Shown: piece after piece, positions 41,574-51,684 of the stretch
Layout of the letters: the number at the start of each line of letters is the position of its first letter
Numbering within the stretch: the first letter of the stretch is position 1
Assembly: GCA_963750165.1 (NCBI GenBank)
Contig: CAVVPN010000011.1
Location: 480,001-544,000, forward strand
Origin: an uncultured Gemmataceae bacterium
GTDB lineage: Bacteria; Planctomycetota; Planctomycetia; Gemmatales; Gemmataceae
Direction: 5' to 3'
DNA: 64,000 bases
Program-made: the position numbers and the translations under genes
The notes under the pieces: generated by a model
The model's input: the letters and a program-made list of their open reading frames with translations, nothing else
The model's database searches: none
Told to the model about the DNA's origin: nothing

Positions 41574-42646
41574 TACAGATCCTGCACCACGCTCGCCTGC
41601 TGCGTCAGGCCGGTCTTCTGATCCCAGATGCGGAGGCAGACTTCCAGGCCCTTGATGACGTACGCGGTGGTCGTGGCCATCTGGCTGCTGTCGAAACTAA
41701 AATCCTCGAAATCGGTCTTGGCCACGGGGGCGCACACCGTGCTGCCCAGCGACGTGGACTTCAGCACGCGCACATCGAACGAGATGACGTTGCTGAGCAC
41801 CAGCGTGGCGCCGCCGAACGAGCCGGCGTTGGCCTGCGTCAGCGCGCCGAAACCGGTCACGTTTCGGGTGGCCGGGTTGAGCCGCCGGTTGGCCTGCGTC
41901 ACCAGATCGCCGGGGTTGTTGAAGACAAGGTTTTTACCGGCCACACGGAAGCTGACGCCAGGATACAGGCTGCGCCGGGCGCTGGGGATCGGGTTGGTCG
42001 CGTTGACCCGAGTGCTGTCGGTCGTCACCAGGAATTGCACCCGGTAGAGCGCGAACAGCGGCGTGCCGGTGGCCACAGTGGGGTCGTTCGGCGCCGTGGT
42101 CGTGCCGGTCTGGACCAGCACGTAAGCCACCTCCGCCCAGGGCGTGGCGAAGGTCGTCGCCTGGTCCTGGAAGCGGGCATCGATGGCCTCGTTGAAGAAC
42201 GTCGTCTGGGCGGCCAGCAGCGTCGAACCGGCCGGCACCGTCGTGTAAAAGACACTGTCCCGGGTGTTGCCGCGCAACTTCACCGACAAGTGCAGGGCGT
42301 GGACACCGACGGCCCGCCAGCAGCCCGGCTGCGTGGTGTTCAGCGCCCCGAACTCGTCCACGGAGCTGGCAGCCTGATAGACGCGGAAAAAGCCCTCGCG
42401 CGCCGGCAAGCTCCAGATATTGGGGTCGCTCAGGCGGCGCTTGCCCTCGAAGTGATCGGCGCTGAGGTCGCGGCGCAACAGGTTGGACGCGCCGCGCAGT
42501 TCCTGCTCCATGTCGCCGTACGCCTTCAGGTCGCGGAACACGTCCAGCCCAGCCGAGAACGCCTGCGACAGAACGACCATGATGAACAGGGTCAGGGCGA
42601 TGACCACCATCATTTCGAGCAAGGTGAACGCACTGCGGTTTCGCAT
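41573..42646 (-). CDS. Prepilin, PilW/GspJ-like minor pilin
   Basis: MRNRSA|FTLLEMMVVIALTLFIM; LSNVISFDVRV; last in a series of five prepilins. Confidence 0.85.
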   Translation of the reverse strand: MRNRSAFTLLEMMVVIALTLFIMVVLSQAFSAGLDVFRDLKAYGDMEQELRGASNLLRRDLSADHFEGKRRLSDPNIWSLPAREGFFRVYQAASSVDEFGALNTTQPGCWRAVGVHALHLSVKLRGNTRDSVFYTTVPAGSTLLAAQTTFFNEAIDARFQDQATTFATPWAEVAYVLVQTGTTTAPNDPTVATGTPLFALYRVQFLVTTDSTRVNATNPIPSARRSLYPGVSFRVAGKNLVFNNPGDLVTQANRRLNPATRNVTGFGALTQANAGSFGGATLVLSNVISFDVRVLKSTSLGSTVCAPVAKTDFEDFSFDSSQMATTTAYVIKGLEVCLRIWDQKTGLTQQASVVQDL

Positions 42647-42708
42647 GGCCGGAAATCCTGTGATTCGCGGAAAAGGGTTCGCCTCCAGGAACGGACACGG
42701 GGCTCCGC

Positions 42709-43626
42709 TTACTGTCCCGCCCAACCGGTCCCCTTCTCGAACACCTCAATGACGCCCTGGAGCACGACGACGGTGCCCGCGTTGTTGCCGGTCACCATGT
42801 TGCGGATCGGCATGGTGACATCCACAGTCAGGGTGTTGTTGCCATTCTGGGTGACATCGACGACACGATAGAAATAGCTGTTGGGGATACCGTTCGCCCC
42901 CAGCGAGGCGTCGAGGAGCCAGTCCCCCGGACGCAGCGGCGGCACCACCTGGCCAGCGTAATTAAGCACCACCGTTTTGCTGTTGGCGGTGAACGTGGCG
43001 CTGTACGGAAACTCGGGGGCCTGCAGGTTGGTGGCGAGCGTGGGCCGGTCCTTGTACACCACCACGGCCAGCTCCACCAGGGGCTGGTCGAGGCGCGGCT
43101 TGCGGAACATGTAGGCCCAGGTGTATTTGCCCTCGCGGACGCCGCCGCCCGTCAGCAGGCCGTTGTTGCCGAACTGGTCATCGTCCAGCATCATGAACCA
43201 GCGTTCCGTCAAGCCGATGCCCGCGTTGAGCGGCGGCCGCGAAATGCGGATGGCCTGGTTGCCGCCCACCCAGTTCTGCCCCACCCCGCCGTAGCTTGAC
43301 CGGCCGATGTAATCGAGGTACACCGGATACCCTGGCCCGTATTGCGTGGCTGTACTGGTCAGCAGATTGGGCAGCGGGTTGGCAACCTGATTGACGGCGG
43401 CCGAGGGGTTGTAGAACGCCTGAGTGATGTTGGCGTCATGGCGGAAGTCGCGGACAATGGCACTGGCGGTGGCGGTGGCGCCGGACTCGGCGGCGCGTTC
43501 GTCCTGGATCGCCTGCGCCATGCGCAGCGCCCCCAGCGGGAACAGCGTCAGCAGCGCCATCAGGCCAATGCCCATGATGAAGATGGCGACCAGCACTTCC
43601 ACAAGCGTCACGGCGTCACGGCGCAC
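42709..43626 (-). CDS. Prepilin, PilV/GspI-like minor pilin
   Basis: GTG after AGGAG; RRDA|VTLVEVLVAIFIMGIGLMALLTLFPLG. Confidence 0.85.
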   Translation of the reverse strand: MRRDAVTLVEVLVAIFIMGIGLMALLTLFPLGALRMAQAIQDERAAESGATATASAIVRDFRHDANITQAFYNPSAAVNQVANPLPNLLTSTATQYGPGYPVYLDYIGRSSYGGVGQNWVGGNQAIRISRPPLNAGIGLTERWFMMLDDDQFGNNGLLTGGGVREGKYTWAYMFRKPRLDQPLVELAVVVYKDRPTLATNLQAPEFPYSATFTANSKTVVLNYAGQVVPPLRPGDWLLDASLGANGIPNSYFYRVVDVTQNGNNTLTVDVTMPIRNMVTGNNAGTVVVLQGVIEVFEKGTGWAGQ

Positions 43627-43643
43627 GGCGGTCTCCTTTTGGC

Positions 43644-44579
43644 TTACTGGGCGGACGAACGGCCGTCCCGAGCGTAGCTGTACGGGTCGGTGCCAGCGGG
43701 GTTGGCGGGGTGGGCGGCGGTCAGTCCGGTGCGCGGGTAGACCGCGAGGAGCGTGTCGTCGCCGTTGAACAGCGTCTTGGTGCCGTCGCGCACCCACAGG
43801 AAAATGGGCGTTTCGGTGACGCCCGCGCCGATCACCGCCCCGGACGGCGCGAACAGCACGTCGATGCAGTTGTCGGTGAGGTTGACCGGCAACGGGGCCG
43901 GGATGCCGAGGCCGGTGTACGTCGTGTTGGTTTGCAGATCGACGATGATGTCGGTCGGCAACAGGATCGGCTCCTCGCCGATGACGCGCGGCTGGCGGAT
44001 GATGCGAAACTGGTTCGGCACCGGGCCGGTGGCCGGCACCGGCGACTGGGCGGTGGCGAATGGGAACGGCGTGTTCACCAGCACCTGATTGCAGACGCCG
44101 CCGTTGTTGACCAGCGCGGTGATGCGCCGCACCTGGCCGGCGTTGCGCAGCTCGATGTAGTCGCCGACCTGGACCGGGTTGCGCGGGTCGTTCGGGCCGA
44201 AGCCGCCGTACAGGTCGATGGTGGTTTCCAGGAAGGTCACCGAGGACAGGTTGGTCGCCGGGACGTACGCGCGGCCGCCGAAAAAGTCCGCCGGCTGCTG
44301 GATGTACTGCATTTCCGTGACCTGCGTGGGGTTAGACGGGTCGCGCAGGAAGCGGACGCCGTAGGGCCGTCCGCTGCGCAGGGCTTCGCTGCGGGCGACC
44401 TGCAGCGTGTTCTGCACGACGCTGGCGCCCGCGGCGGCGTTGGCGCCCGAACTGTTGAACGCCGTCAGGAAGGCGACGGTGATCCCGGCCAGCACCGCGA
44501 TGATGGTAATCACCACGACCAGTTCGATCAGCGTGTAGGCCGGGCGGCGGGCGAACGTACCGGCGGCGGCGCGCGTCAT
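43644..44579 (-). CDS. Prepilin, FimT/GspH-like minor pilin
   Basis: RRPA|YTLIELVVVITIIAVLAG; LQVARSEALRSGRPYGVRF; VLFAPSG. Confidence 0.85.
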   Translation of the reverse strand: MTRAAAGTFARRPAYTLIELVVVITIIAVLAGITVAFLTAFNSSGANAAAGASVVQNTLQVARSEALRSGRPYGVRFLRDPSNPTQVTEMQYIQQPADFFGGRAYVPATNLSSVTFLETTIDLYGGFGPNDPRNPVQVGDYIELRNAGQVRRITALVNNGGVCNQVLVNTPFPFATAQSPVPATGPVPNQFRIIRQPRVIGEEPILLPTDIIVDLQTNTTYTGLGIPAPLPVNLTDNCIDVLFAPSGAVIGAGVTETPIFLWVRDGTKTLFNGDDTLLAVYPRTGLTAAHPANPAGTDPYSYARDGRSSAQ

Positions 44580-44612
44580 TGTGGTTTCCCCGAACGGTGC
44601 CTGCTCCGCGGT

Positions 44613-45539
44613 TCAGCGGAGCGTGTAACTGTAAATGTTGTCATTGATGTTGGTGTTGTTCGCGGGGCTGGTGGTCAGCGTCGTGGGGTCCAGGCCCAGC
44701 ACGCCATCGCGGCCGCCCGAGGCGATCACCGGGATGATGAAGGCGCCGTTGGCGCCGCCGCCGACCGCCGTGGCCGGCTTGATGATGTGGCACAGCGCCT
44801 CAAACTGTTGGCGCTGGGCCGTGTTGTACCAGACCGGATTCAACAGCGTGCCGTCGGGATCGAGCGGATCACGCGACCTGTAATCGCGCGAGTTGACCGT
44901 CGCCGGATTGCTGGCGTCCACCGCGGCGCTGCCGGTCGGCCAGCGGCAGAACAGCACGGGGTTGCCCCAACTATCGATGATCTCCTTGAAGCCGTCGTTA
45001 TCGGTGTCGAGGACGTTATTGGCGCCGAGATCGTCTTCGCTCATCGCCTTGCCGCCGCGGTTCCGTTTCAGCGACAACAGCAGCAGGGCCGCCGACGCGC
45101 TGTTGGCGTTGAGGTTCTGGATGTTGGGCACCGTCGTATAGAGCGGATTCAAATCGGTGACGCCCGCCAGGCTCGCGACAATGGTGGAGGGGTGCAGCGT
45201 GGCCTCGGCGAGGGTCTCCGGGAATTCCTGACGGAGCCGGAGTTTCTTCCAGATGACGCGGGCCCGGTTCATGTCATTGCCGGCCAGGGTCACCACCGCT
45301 GTCGGGATGGACTCGTCGTCCGTCTTCTTGAGCACGAGCTTGACCTGGCGGTCAAGTTCCTTCTTGACCTTCTGGATGGTCGCCTCGGTGGTCTGCTGTT
45401 TGCCGGTGTCGATCCAGCGCAGCACCGCCACGCTCGTCAGGCTGGCGAGCACCGCGATGATGGCGAGCACGACCAGGATTTCGACGAGGGTAAAGCCCGG
45501 CCTGCCGCGCCGTCGGGCTCCCCGTGGCTGAGTCATCAT
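44613..45539 (-). CDS. Prepilin, GspG-like
   Basis: RPG|FTLVEILVVLAIIAVLA; IIDSWGNP; IASGGRDG; NDNIYS. Confidence 0.88.
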   Translation of the reverse strand: MMTQPRGARRRGRPGFTLVEILVVLAIIAVLASLTSVAVLRWIDTGKQQTTEATIQKVKKELDRQVKLVLKKTDDESIPTAVVTLAGNDMNRARVIWKKLRLRQEFPETLAEATLHPSTIVASLAGVTDLNPLYTTVPNIQNLNANSASAALLLLSLKRNRGGKAMSEDDLGANNVLDTDNDGFKEIIDSWGNPVLFCRWPTGSAAVDASNPATVNSRDYRSRDPLDPDGTLLNPVWYNTAQRQQFEALCHIIKPATAVGGGANGAFIIPVIASGGRDGVLGLDPTTLTTSPANNTNINDNIYSYTLR

Positions 45540-45552
45540 GCTGGCTCTCCTC

Positions 45553-46395
45553 TTACTGGGTCGCGCCCATCACCAGGGGATAGAAGTTCGTCATATCGTC
45601 CTTGCCGTTGATCCCGGCGTTCGTCGTCGCGGTTGCCGGCGCCCACAGGCCGCCCGTGCCGAACACCTGGTCCGCTCCGGCCGTGATGATCTGATAGGTT
45701 TCCGGGTTGTAATACTGGCCGACGTTGTTGACATTGTTCAGGTACGGCTGCACGCTCAGGGCGCTGCAGTCGCTGGCGCCATAGCGGTTGTAGCCGTTGG
45801 GCGTGTTGTAACAGCTGAAGTAGGCGAAGGGCTGCTTGCCCCACGGGTCGATGTAGATCTGGAACTTGGCGTTCACGGTGCTGGCCTGCAGGCGGCCCGG
45901 CTGGAAGGTGTAGAACGGCCCCAGTCTGTTGTTGCCCAGGCCGGTCTGCCCGATGGTCGTGTCGAAGCCCGCCCCCCTCGGCCCTTGCAGGAAATACACC
46001 AGGCACTCCTGGCCCTGCAGGATGTAGGTGGCACCGGTCGCGGGGACGCCGGCCCAGTTGAAGGTGGCCCCGGCGACGAAGTTGCCGCGCGGGAACATCT
46101 TCCGCAGGAACGCCTGGGAATCCTGGTCGAGCTGGGTGTTGCCGTAATTGCTCCAGTTCTCGCACAGCTTGATCTGGCTGGGCGGGTAGGCGCCGACCTT
46201 GCTGTAGAACGACTTCAGCGCGACATCGAGATTCGTGATGTCGGAGCGTGCCTGGACCTCGGGGCCTCTGCTGAGGAACTTCATCACTGCCGCCAGGGTC
46301 AGCCCGGCGAGGATGGTGATAATGGCGATGACGACCAGCAGCTCGATCAGCGTGAACGCCTGCCGCCCGCTGCGCCGGGGGGGTGCTAACCTCAT
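45553..46395 (-). CDS. Prepilin, GspG-like (candidate major subunit)
   Basis: RQA|FTLIELLVVIAIITILAG; YIDPWG; YQIITAGADQVFG; DDMTNF. Confidence 0.88.
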   Translation of the reverse strand: MRLAPPRRSGRQAFTLIELLVVIAIITILAGLTLAAVMKFLSRGPEVQARSDITNLDVALKSFYSKVGAYPPSQIKLCENWSNYGNTQLDQDSQAFLRKMFPRGNFVAGATFNWAGVPATGATYILQGQECLVYFLQGPRGAGFDTTIGQTGLGNNRLGPFYTFQPGRLQASTVNAKFQIYIDPWGKQPFAYFSCYNTPNGYNRYGASDCSALSVQPYLNNVNNVGQYYNPETYQIITAGADQVFGTGGLWAPATATTNAGINGKDDMTNFYPLVMGATQ

Positions 46396-46411
46396 GGCTT
46401 CGATCTCCCTT

Positions 46412-46505
46412 GGTCAGAGGTCAGAGTTCAGGGGTCAGAAAGAGCGCTAAGCCGCTTGCGGCAGAAAAGACAGTCTGACCTCTGAGCTCTGACCTCTGAC
46501 CTCTG
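46412..46505. repeat. Inverted heptamer tandem-repeat array (GGTCAGA)n / (TCTGACC)n
   Basis: Four forward heptamers, a spacer, then four to five reverse heptamers, between pilC and the first pilin. Confidence 0.9.
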
Positions 46506-47759
46506 CTATTTCTTGCCGCCGCCCAGGCCCTCCAGCAGGCCCAGCAGCGGCATGAACAGTGCGATGACGATGGTGCCGACGATGCCGCCCAGGATGACGA
46601 TCATGATTGGCTCGAGCAGGCTGATCAGCGCCTCGACGAGCACGTCCACTTCCTCGTCGTACACGTCGGCGACCTTGTTGAGCATGCTGTCGAGGTCGCC
46701 GGTCTCCTCGCCGACGTCGATCATGTTGACAACCATGTCGTCCACCAGGTGGCTCTTCTTGAGCGGCACCGCGATGGTCTCGCCCTCGCGGATCGACTCG
46801 TAGACGCGCTGGTACATATCCTCGAAGACCGCGTTCATGCACGTTTCGCGGACAATGGCCAGCGCCTCCAGGATCGGCACGCCGGAACTGATGAGCGTGC
46901 CCAGCGTGCGCATGGTGCGGGCGACGATGGTCTTTTCGATGAGGTTGCCCATGATGGGCACGTACAAGAATAGCTTATCCAGGATCCAGTTGCCGGTTTT
47001 GTTCAGGCGGACGAGTTTGATCATCAGCCACCAGGCCAGCGGGAACAGCGGCAGCACATACCAGTACTTCACGAACCAGCGCGACGTGTCGATCAGCGCC
47101 TGCGTCAGGAACGGCAACTTGAGGCGGAAGTCCGCGAAGATCTTCTCGAACTTCGGGATGATAAAGATCATGATGCCGGTGAGGATCAGCACGGCCACGG
47201 TGATGACCACGGCCGGGTAGACCATGGCGCCGGTGATGCGGCGCTTGAGGCTCTGCGCCTTCTCCTTGAAGTCGGCCAGGCGCTTGAGAATGATTTCCAA
47301 CGCGCCGCCGGCCTCACCGGCCCGGACCATGTTCACGTACAGCCGGTCGAAGCACTTGGGGTGCTTGCCGAACGCCTCGCTGAGCGTGCTGCCGGATTCC
47401 ACATCATCAACCACGTCGATGAGTGAGTTCTTGAGCACGCCCGGCTTCATTTGATGTTCGAGAATTTTCAGGCTGCGCAGCACCGGCAGGCCGGCGTCCT
47501 GCAACGTCGAGAACTGGCGCGTGAACTGCACCAGCGCCTTGGCGTTGACGCCGCCAATGGTGAAGACCTTGCCCTTCTTCTTTTTGCCGACCTTCTTGGT
47601 CTTGTCGCGGGTCTTCTTGCCGGCCACCTCCGTGATCTTGGTCACGAAGTAGCCCATCTGGCGGATCTTCTGCTGGGCTTCCTCTTCGCTCATGGCATCG
47701 ACGGAGTCCTTGACTTCTCCGCCGGTCGTGTCCATGGCCTCGAACTTGAACGTTGGCAT
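46506..47759 (-). CDS. pilC: Type IV pilus / T2SS inner membrane platform protein (PilC/GspF)
   Basis: FTRQFSTLQDAGLP, YVNMVRAGEAGG, AMVYP, GEETGDLD.ML, LLEPIMI. Confidence 0.95.
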   Translation of the reverse strand: MPTFKFEAMDTTGGEVKDSVDAMSEEEAQQKIRQMGYFVTKITEVAGKKTRDKTKKVGKKKKGKVFTIGGVNAKALVQFTRQFSTLQDAGLPVLRSLKILEHQMKPGVLKNSLIDVVDDVESGSTLSEAFGKHPKCFDRLYVNMVRAGEAGGALEIILKRLADFKEKAQSLKRRITGAMVYPAVVITVAVLILTGIMIFIIPKFEKIFADFRLKLPFLTQALIDTSRWFVKYWYVLPLFPLAWWLMIKLVRLNKTGNWILDKLFLYVPIMGNLIEKTIVARTMRTLGTLISSGVPILEALAIVRETCMNAVFEDMYQRVYESIREGETIAVPLKKSHLVDDMVVNMIDVGEETGDLDSMLNKVADVYDEEVDVLVEALISLLEPIMIVILGGIVGTIVIALFMPLLGLLEGLGGGKK

Positions 47760-47778
47760 GGTGAAACCTCAGGGTCTG

Positions 47779-47839
47779 TCGTAGTGCAGGCGGCCCGCCT
47801 GCACAGGCAGGAAGTGCAGGCGGGCCGCCTGCACTACGA
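47779..47839. repeat. GTAG-type REP doublet
   Basis: GTAGTGCAGGCGGCCCGCCTGCAC..GTGCAGGCGGGCCGCCTGCACTAC. Confidence 0.8.
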
Positions 47840-47847
47840 GTTCGCCG

Positions 47848-49941
47848 TTACATTTCGTCTTCCAGCACGGTCTCGCGCACCACCTCCTCAATGGTGGTGA
47901 CGCCATTGAAGATCGCCCGCAGGCCAGACTCGCGCAGCGTCGTCATCCCCTGCTTGCGGCAGGCGACGCGCAGCTGGTCCGTGGACGCGCCCGCCGAAAT
48001 CATGTCGCGCAGTTCGTCATTCATCAGCACCAGTTCGTGGATGCCGGTGCGGCCGCGGTGGCCGGTGTTGTTGCAGCGCTCGCAACCCTTGCCGTAGAAG
48101 CACTTCTTGCCCTTGATGTCGTCCGGCCGCAGTTGCAGTTCCATCAGCAGTTCCGAACTCGGCTCGTACTCGGTGCGGCAATCCTCGCAGATTTTGCGCA
48201 CCAGCCGCTGCGCCAGAATGCTCTCGACCGTCGCCGTAATCAGGTACGACTCCAGTCCCATGTCGCGCAAGCGCGTGATGGTGCCGGGCGCGTCGTTGGT
48301 ATGCAACGTGCTGAAGACCATGTGCCCCGTCAACGCCGCCTGCACGGCGATCTGCGCCGTCTCCAGGTCGCGGATTTCGCCCACCAGAATCTTGTCGGGG
48401 TCCTGCCGCAAAATGCTGCGCAGCGCCGCGGCGAACGTCATGCCGATCTCCGAGTTGATTGGCACCTGAATGATGCCGTCAATGTCGTACTCCACGGGGT
48501 CTTCCGTGGTGATGATCTTCTCGGTGATCTCGTTCAATTCGTTGAGCGCCGAGTACAACGTGGTGGTCTTGCCCGAACCGGTTGGCCCGGTCACCAGCAC
48601 GATGCCGTTGGGCTTGTGGATCATCTCGCGGAACTGGGCGATCGTCTCGGCGTTCATGCCGACCTTGTTGAGGTCGAGCGACACGACCGTGCGGTCCAGC
48701 ACGCGGATGACGGCGCTCTCGCCGAACATGGTCGGCAGAATGCTGACGCGCATGTCCACCTGGTTGCCGCCGACGTTCAACTCGATGCGGCCGTCCTGCG
48801 GCATGCGCCGCTCGGCGATGTCGAGGTTGGCCATGACCTTGATGCGGCTGGAGATGGCCGCGGCCAGATGGCGCGGCGGCGGCACCATCTCATACAGCAC
48901 GCCATCGCAGCGCATGCGAATCTTGTACTCGTCCTCGAACGGCTCGAAGTGGATGTCGCTGGCGTGATCCTTGATGCCCAGCAGCATCACCATGTTGAGC
49001 AACTTGCGGACGGGAGCGGCGTCCTGAATTTCCATCAGGCTGGCCAGATCGACGCTGGTTTCGTTCTTGCGGACGTGCAGGCCGGGGTCGTCTTCCAGGG
49101 CCTTGATGATGTCCATGATGGACTCTTCCTTGCCCGCGTAGGCCCTGGTGATGGCCTCGGCGAGCAGCACCTGCGGCGCGAGCAGGGCCTGCACTTCCTT
49201 GACACCGCTCAGGAAGCCGCGCATGTCGTCCAGGCCCTGGATGCTGGCGGGATCGCCGATGACCACGGTCAGCACGCCGTCCTTGAACGACAGCGGCAGA
49301 ATCTTGTAGACGCCGGCCATCGTCTCGGTGACGAGCGTCACGGCCTCGGGCGTCGGCTTGACCTCGGCGAGGTTGGCGACCTTCAGGCCGTGCTGCTCGG
49401 CCAGTGCCTGCAACAGTTGCTCCTCGGTAATCAGGCCGCGGGCCTGGGCAACCTGGCCGGTCAGGACGCCAGTGTTCTTGGCCTCGTCGAGAATTTCCCA
49501 CAGCTGGGCGTCGTCGATGAAGCCGAGATCGACGAGCACCTGGCCGATCTTGCGACCGCCGCCGTCGCGGTCGCTTTTGGTGGCCTTGGTCGGCTTGGTC
49601 ACCTTGGACAGGTCCTTCTTGGCGGGCGGCTTGCCCGCGGGGGTCTTGCCGGTGGGCGCTGGCGGCTGCTTGGCCGCGGGGGCGCTGCCGTTAGCCGGTT
49701 TTACGGCGGGCTTGTCGGTCGCCGGCGGTTGCTTGGCGGCCGGGGTCGGCGGCTTGGCGGTGGGCTTGTCGCCGCTGCTGACCAACTTGCCCGGCAGCGG
49801 CGCCTTACCCGGGACGGGCGGTTGGGCCGGCTTCGGCGCCGGCTGCTTGGCGGCGTCAGCGGGCGGCTTGCCCGCGGCGGGTTGGGCCGGCGGCTGTCCC
49901 TGCGGTTTCCGGGGCTGATTCGGGTCGTTTGGTGTGGCCAT
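47848..49941 (-). CDS. pilB: PilB/GspE assembly ATPase with Pro/Lys/Ala-rich N-terminal extension and MshEN-like domain
   Basis: ASDIHFEP, GPTGSGKTTT, EDPVEY, LRQDPD, TGHMVFSTLHTND, two CxxC; RKIGQVLVDLG. Confidence 0.93.
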   Translation of the reverse strand: MATPNDPNQPRKPQGQPPAQPAAGKPPADAAKQPAPKPAQPPVPGKAPLPGKLVSSGDKPTAKPPTPAAKQPPATDKPAVKPANGSAPAAKQPPAPTGKTPAGKPPAKKDLSKVTKPTKATKSDRDGGGRKIGQVLVDLGFIDDAQLWEILDEAKNTGVLTGQVAQARGLITEEQLLQALAEQHGLKVANLAEVKPTPEAVTLVTETMAGVYKILPLSFKDGVLTVVIGDPASIQGLDDMRGFLSGVKEVQALLAPQVLLAEAITRAYAGKEESIMDIIKALEDDPGLHVRKNETSVDLASLMEIQDAAPVRKLLNMVMLLGIKDHASDIHFEPFEDEYKIRMRCDGVLYEMVPPPRHLAAAISSRIKVMANLDIAERRMPQDGRIELNVGGNQVDMRVSILPTMFGESAVIRVLDRTVVSLDLNKVGMNAETIAQFREMIHKPNGIVLVTGPTGSGKTTTLYSALNELNEITEKIITTEDPVEYDIDGIIQVPINSEIGMTFAAALRSILRQDPDKILVGEIRDLETAQIAVQAALTGHMVFSTLHTNDAPGTITRLRDMGLESYLITATVESILAQRLVRKICEDCRTEYEPSSELLMELQLRPDDIKGKKCFYGKGCERCNNTGHRGRTGIHELVLMNDELRDMISAGASTDQLRVACRKQGMTTLRESGLRAIFNGVTTIEEVVRETVLEDEM

Positions 49942-50043
49942 GCTCTACTCGTATCGCTTGTACGGATTGTTCTTTTTGCGCCGAGAATGTTTCCATTAGC
50001 CTGGCGAGCGGGGGGATTGACGTCCCCCGCTCGCCTTTGCGGG

Positions 50044-51228
50044 TCAATCGTCGTCGTCATCATCATCGTCGTCATCGTCATCCCGACGACCGCGGCGGCG
50101 CGGACGATCATCATCGTCGTCATCGTCATCATCATCGTCATCGTCGTCATCCGCTTCGCCGCGTTCGGCGTGGAGGATGCGTGACGCCAGTTCCTGCGGT
50201 TTTTGCGCCTTGAGCAGTGCTTCTTCCTTGTCCACCAGGCCGTTGCGCCACAGGCGGAACAGGCTGTCGTCCAGCAGGAACATACCGTCCTTGGCGCCGG
50301 TCTGGATGCTGGAGTCGATGCGGTAGGTCTTGTTTTCGCGCATCAAGTTCTGGATGGCCGGCGTGACCACCATCATCTCGTAGGCGGCGATGACGCCCTC
50401 GGGCTTCTTGGGCAACAGCGTCTGCGACAACACGCCGATCAACGCCGTGGACAGCTGCGTGCGCACCTGGTCCTGCTGGTCCTTGGGGAACACGTCGATG
50501 ATACGGTTGACGGTGCTGGCTGCCCCGGAGGTGTGCAGGGTGCCGAAGACGACGTGACCGGTTTCGGCCGCCTCGATGGCCGCGTGGATCGTGGCCAGAT
50601 CGCGCATTTCGCCGACGAGGATGATGTCGGGGTCCATACGCAGGGCACGGCGGATGCCTTCCTTGAAGTCCGGCACGTCCACGCCGATCTCGCGCTGGTT
50701 GACCGTACACTTCTCGTGTTTGTGGTAATACTCGATCGGGTCTTCCAGCGTGATGATGTGACGGTCGTAGTTGTGGTTGAGGAAGTTAATCATGCTGGCC
50801 AGACTGGTGGTCTTGCCGGAACCGGTCGGCCCGGTGACCAGCAGCAGCCCGCGCGGCCGGACAATAAGGCGCTTGATGGCCTCGGGCATGCCGACCTGTT
50901 CAAAGCTCAAAAATTGACTGGGAATGCGTCGCAGCACCAAACCGATGTTGCCGCGCTGCTTGAAGACGGCCACGCGGAAGCGGTAGCCCTGCGTGAACTC
51001 GATGGCGAAGTCGGAGCCGCCTTTTTCTTGCAGTTCCTGCTGACAGCGGTCCGGCGTGATGGACTTCATCAGTGCGGTGGCGTCGTCGTTTTCGAGCACC
51101 TTGGTGGCCAGCCGGCGCATGCGGCCCTGATGGCGCACAACGGGGGGCTGGCCGACGCTGATGTGCAGATCGCTCGCCTTCAGGTCGATGACGGTCTGCA
51201 ACAGTTTTTCCATGAGAACGGAACTCAT
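50044..51228 (-). CDS. pilT: PilT retraction ATPase with poly-Asp tail
   Basis: ASDLHI, GPTGSGKTT, EDPIEY, NQREIG, ALRMDPD, AAETGH..GTLHT, AIQNLMRE. Confidence 0.93.
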   Translation of the reverse strand: MSSVLMEKLLQTVIDLKASDLHISVGQPPVVRHQGRMRRLATKVLENDDATALMKSITPDRCQQELQEKGGSDFAIEFTQGYRFRVAVFKQRGNIGLVLRRIPSQFLSFEQVGMPEAIKRLIVRPRGLLLVTGPTGSGKTTSLASMINFLNHNYDRHIITLEDPIEYYHKHEKCTVNQREIGVDVPDFKEGIRRALRMDPDIILVGEMRDLATIHAAIEAAETGHVVFGTLHTSGAASTVNRIIDVFPKDQQDQVRTQLSTALIGVLSQTLLPKKPEGVIAAYEMMVVTPAIQNLMRENKTYRIDSSIQTGAKDGMFLLDDSLFRLWRNGLVDKEEALLKAQKPQELASRILHAERGEADDDDDDDDDDDDDDDRPRRRGRRDDDDDDDDDDDD

Positions 51229-51684
51229 TGCGTCCGCGCGTCCTTTTCCGTAAAGCTGGAATCCGTCGGGGACGGGAAAGACCCCGGGCACTCAACGGAC
51301 GGCCTTCCGGGAACAAGAGGGGCCCCGGGTGAGCGGCGCAGTCCGTTCAAGAATGGGCAAGCTGTCCTTGTTGATAGATTATCGCGCCCGTTTGGGGACA
51401 ATCAACGGTTTCTTGCAAAATTGGCAAAATCGCCCCGGCTTTCAAACGAAATACCTGTTTCGCCTTTACACCTCCCGTCTTGTTAACTCCCGGGAAACCG
51501 GTTCTACCCGTCGGCTCCGCGGGGCCAACTTCTGAGGCTTCCCGCCTCAACTGAGCCAGGGATGGACGGCCACCCCAGCCCCGCATTGTCGTCGAGCAGG
51601 TTCGGCAACCCCAGGGAGGGCGGGCCGGCGCGATCCAGTCAGCCGCCGCACCAGCCCGCTCGCTTTCCCTGGAACGATGAGCGC

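Noticed and set aside
37782..50184. Long plus-strand ORFs (856, 633, 715 aa etc.) opposite the pilus genes
   Set aside because: Antisense shadows caused by high GC3 codon bias; no recognisable motifs.
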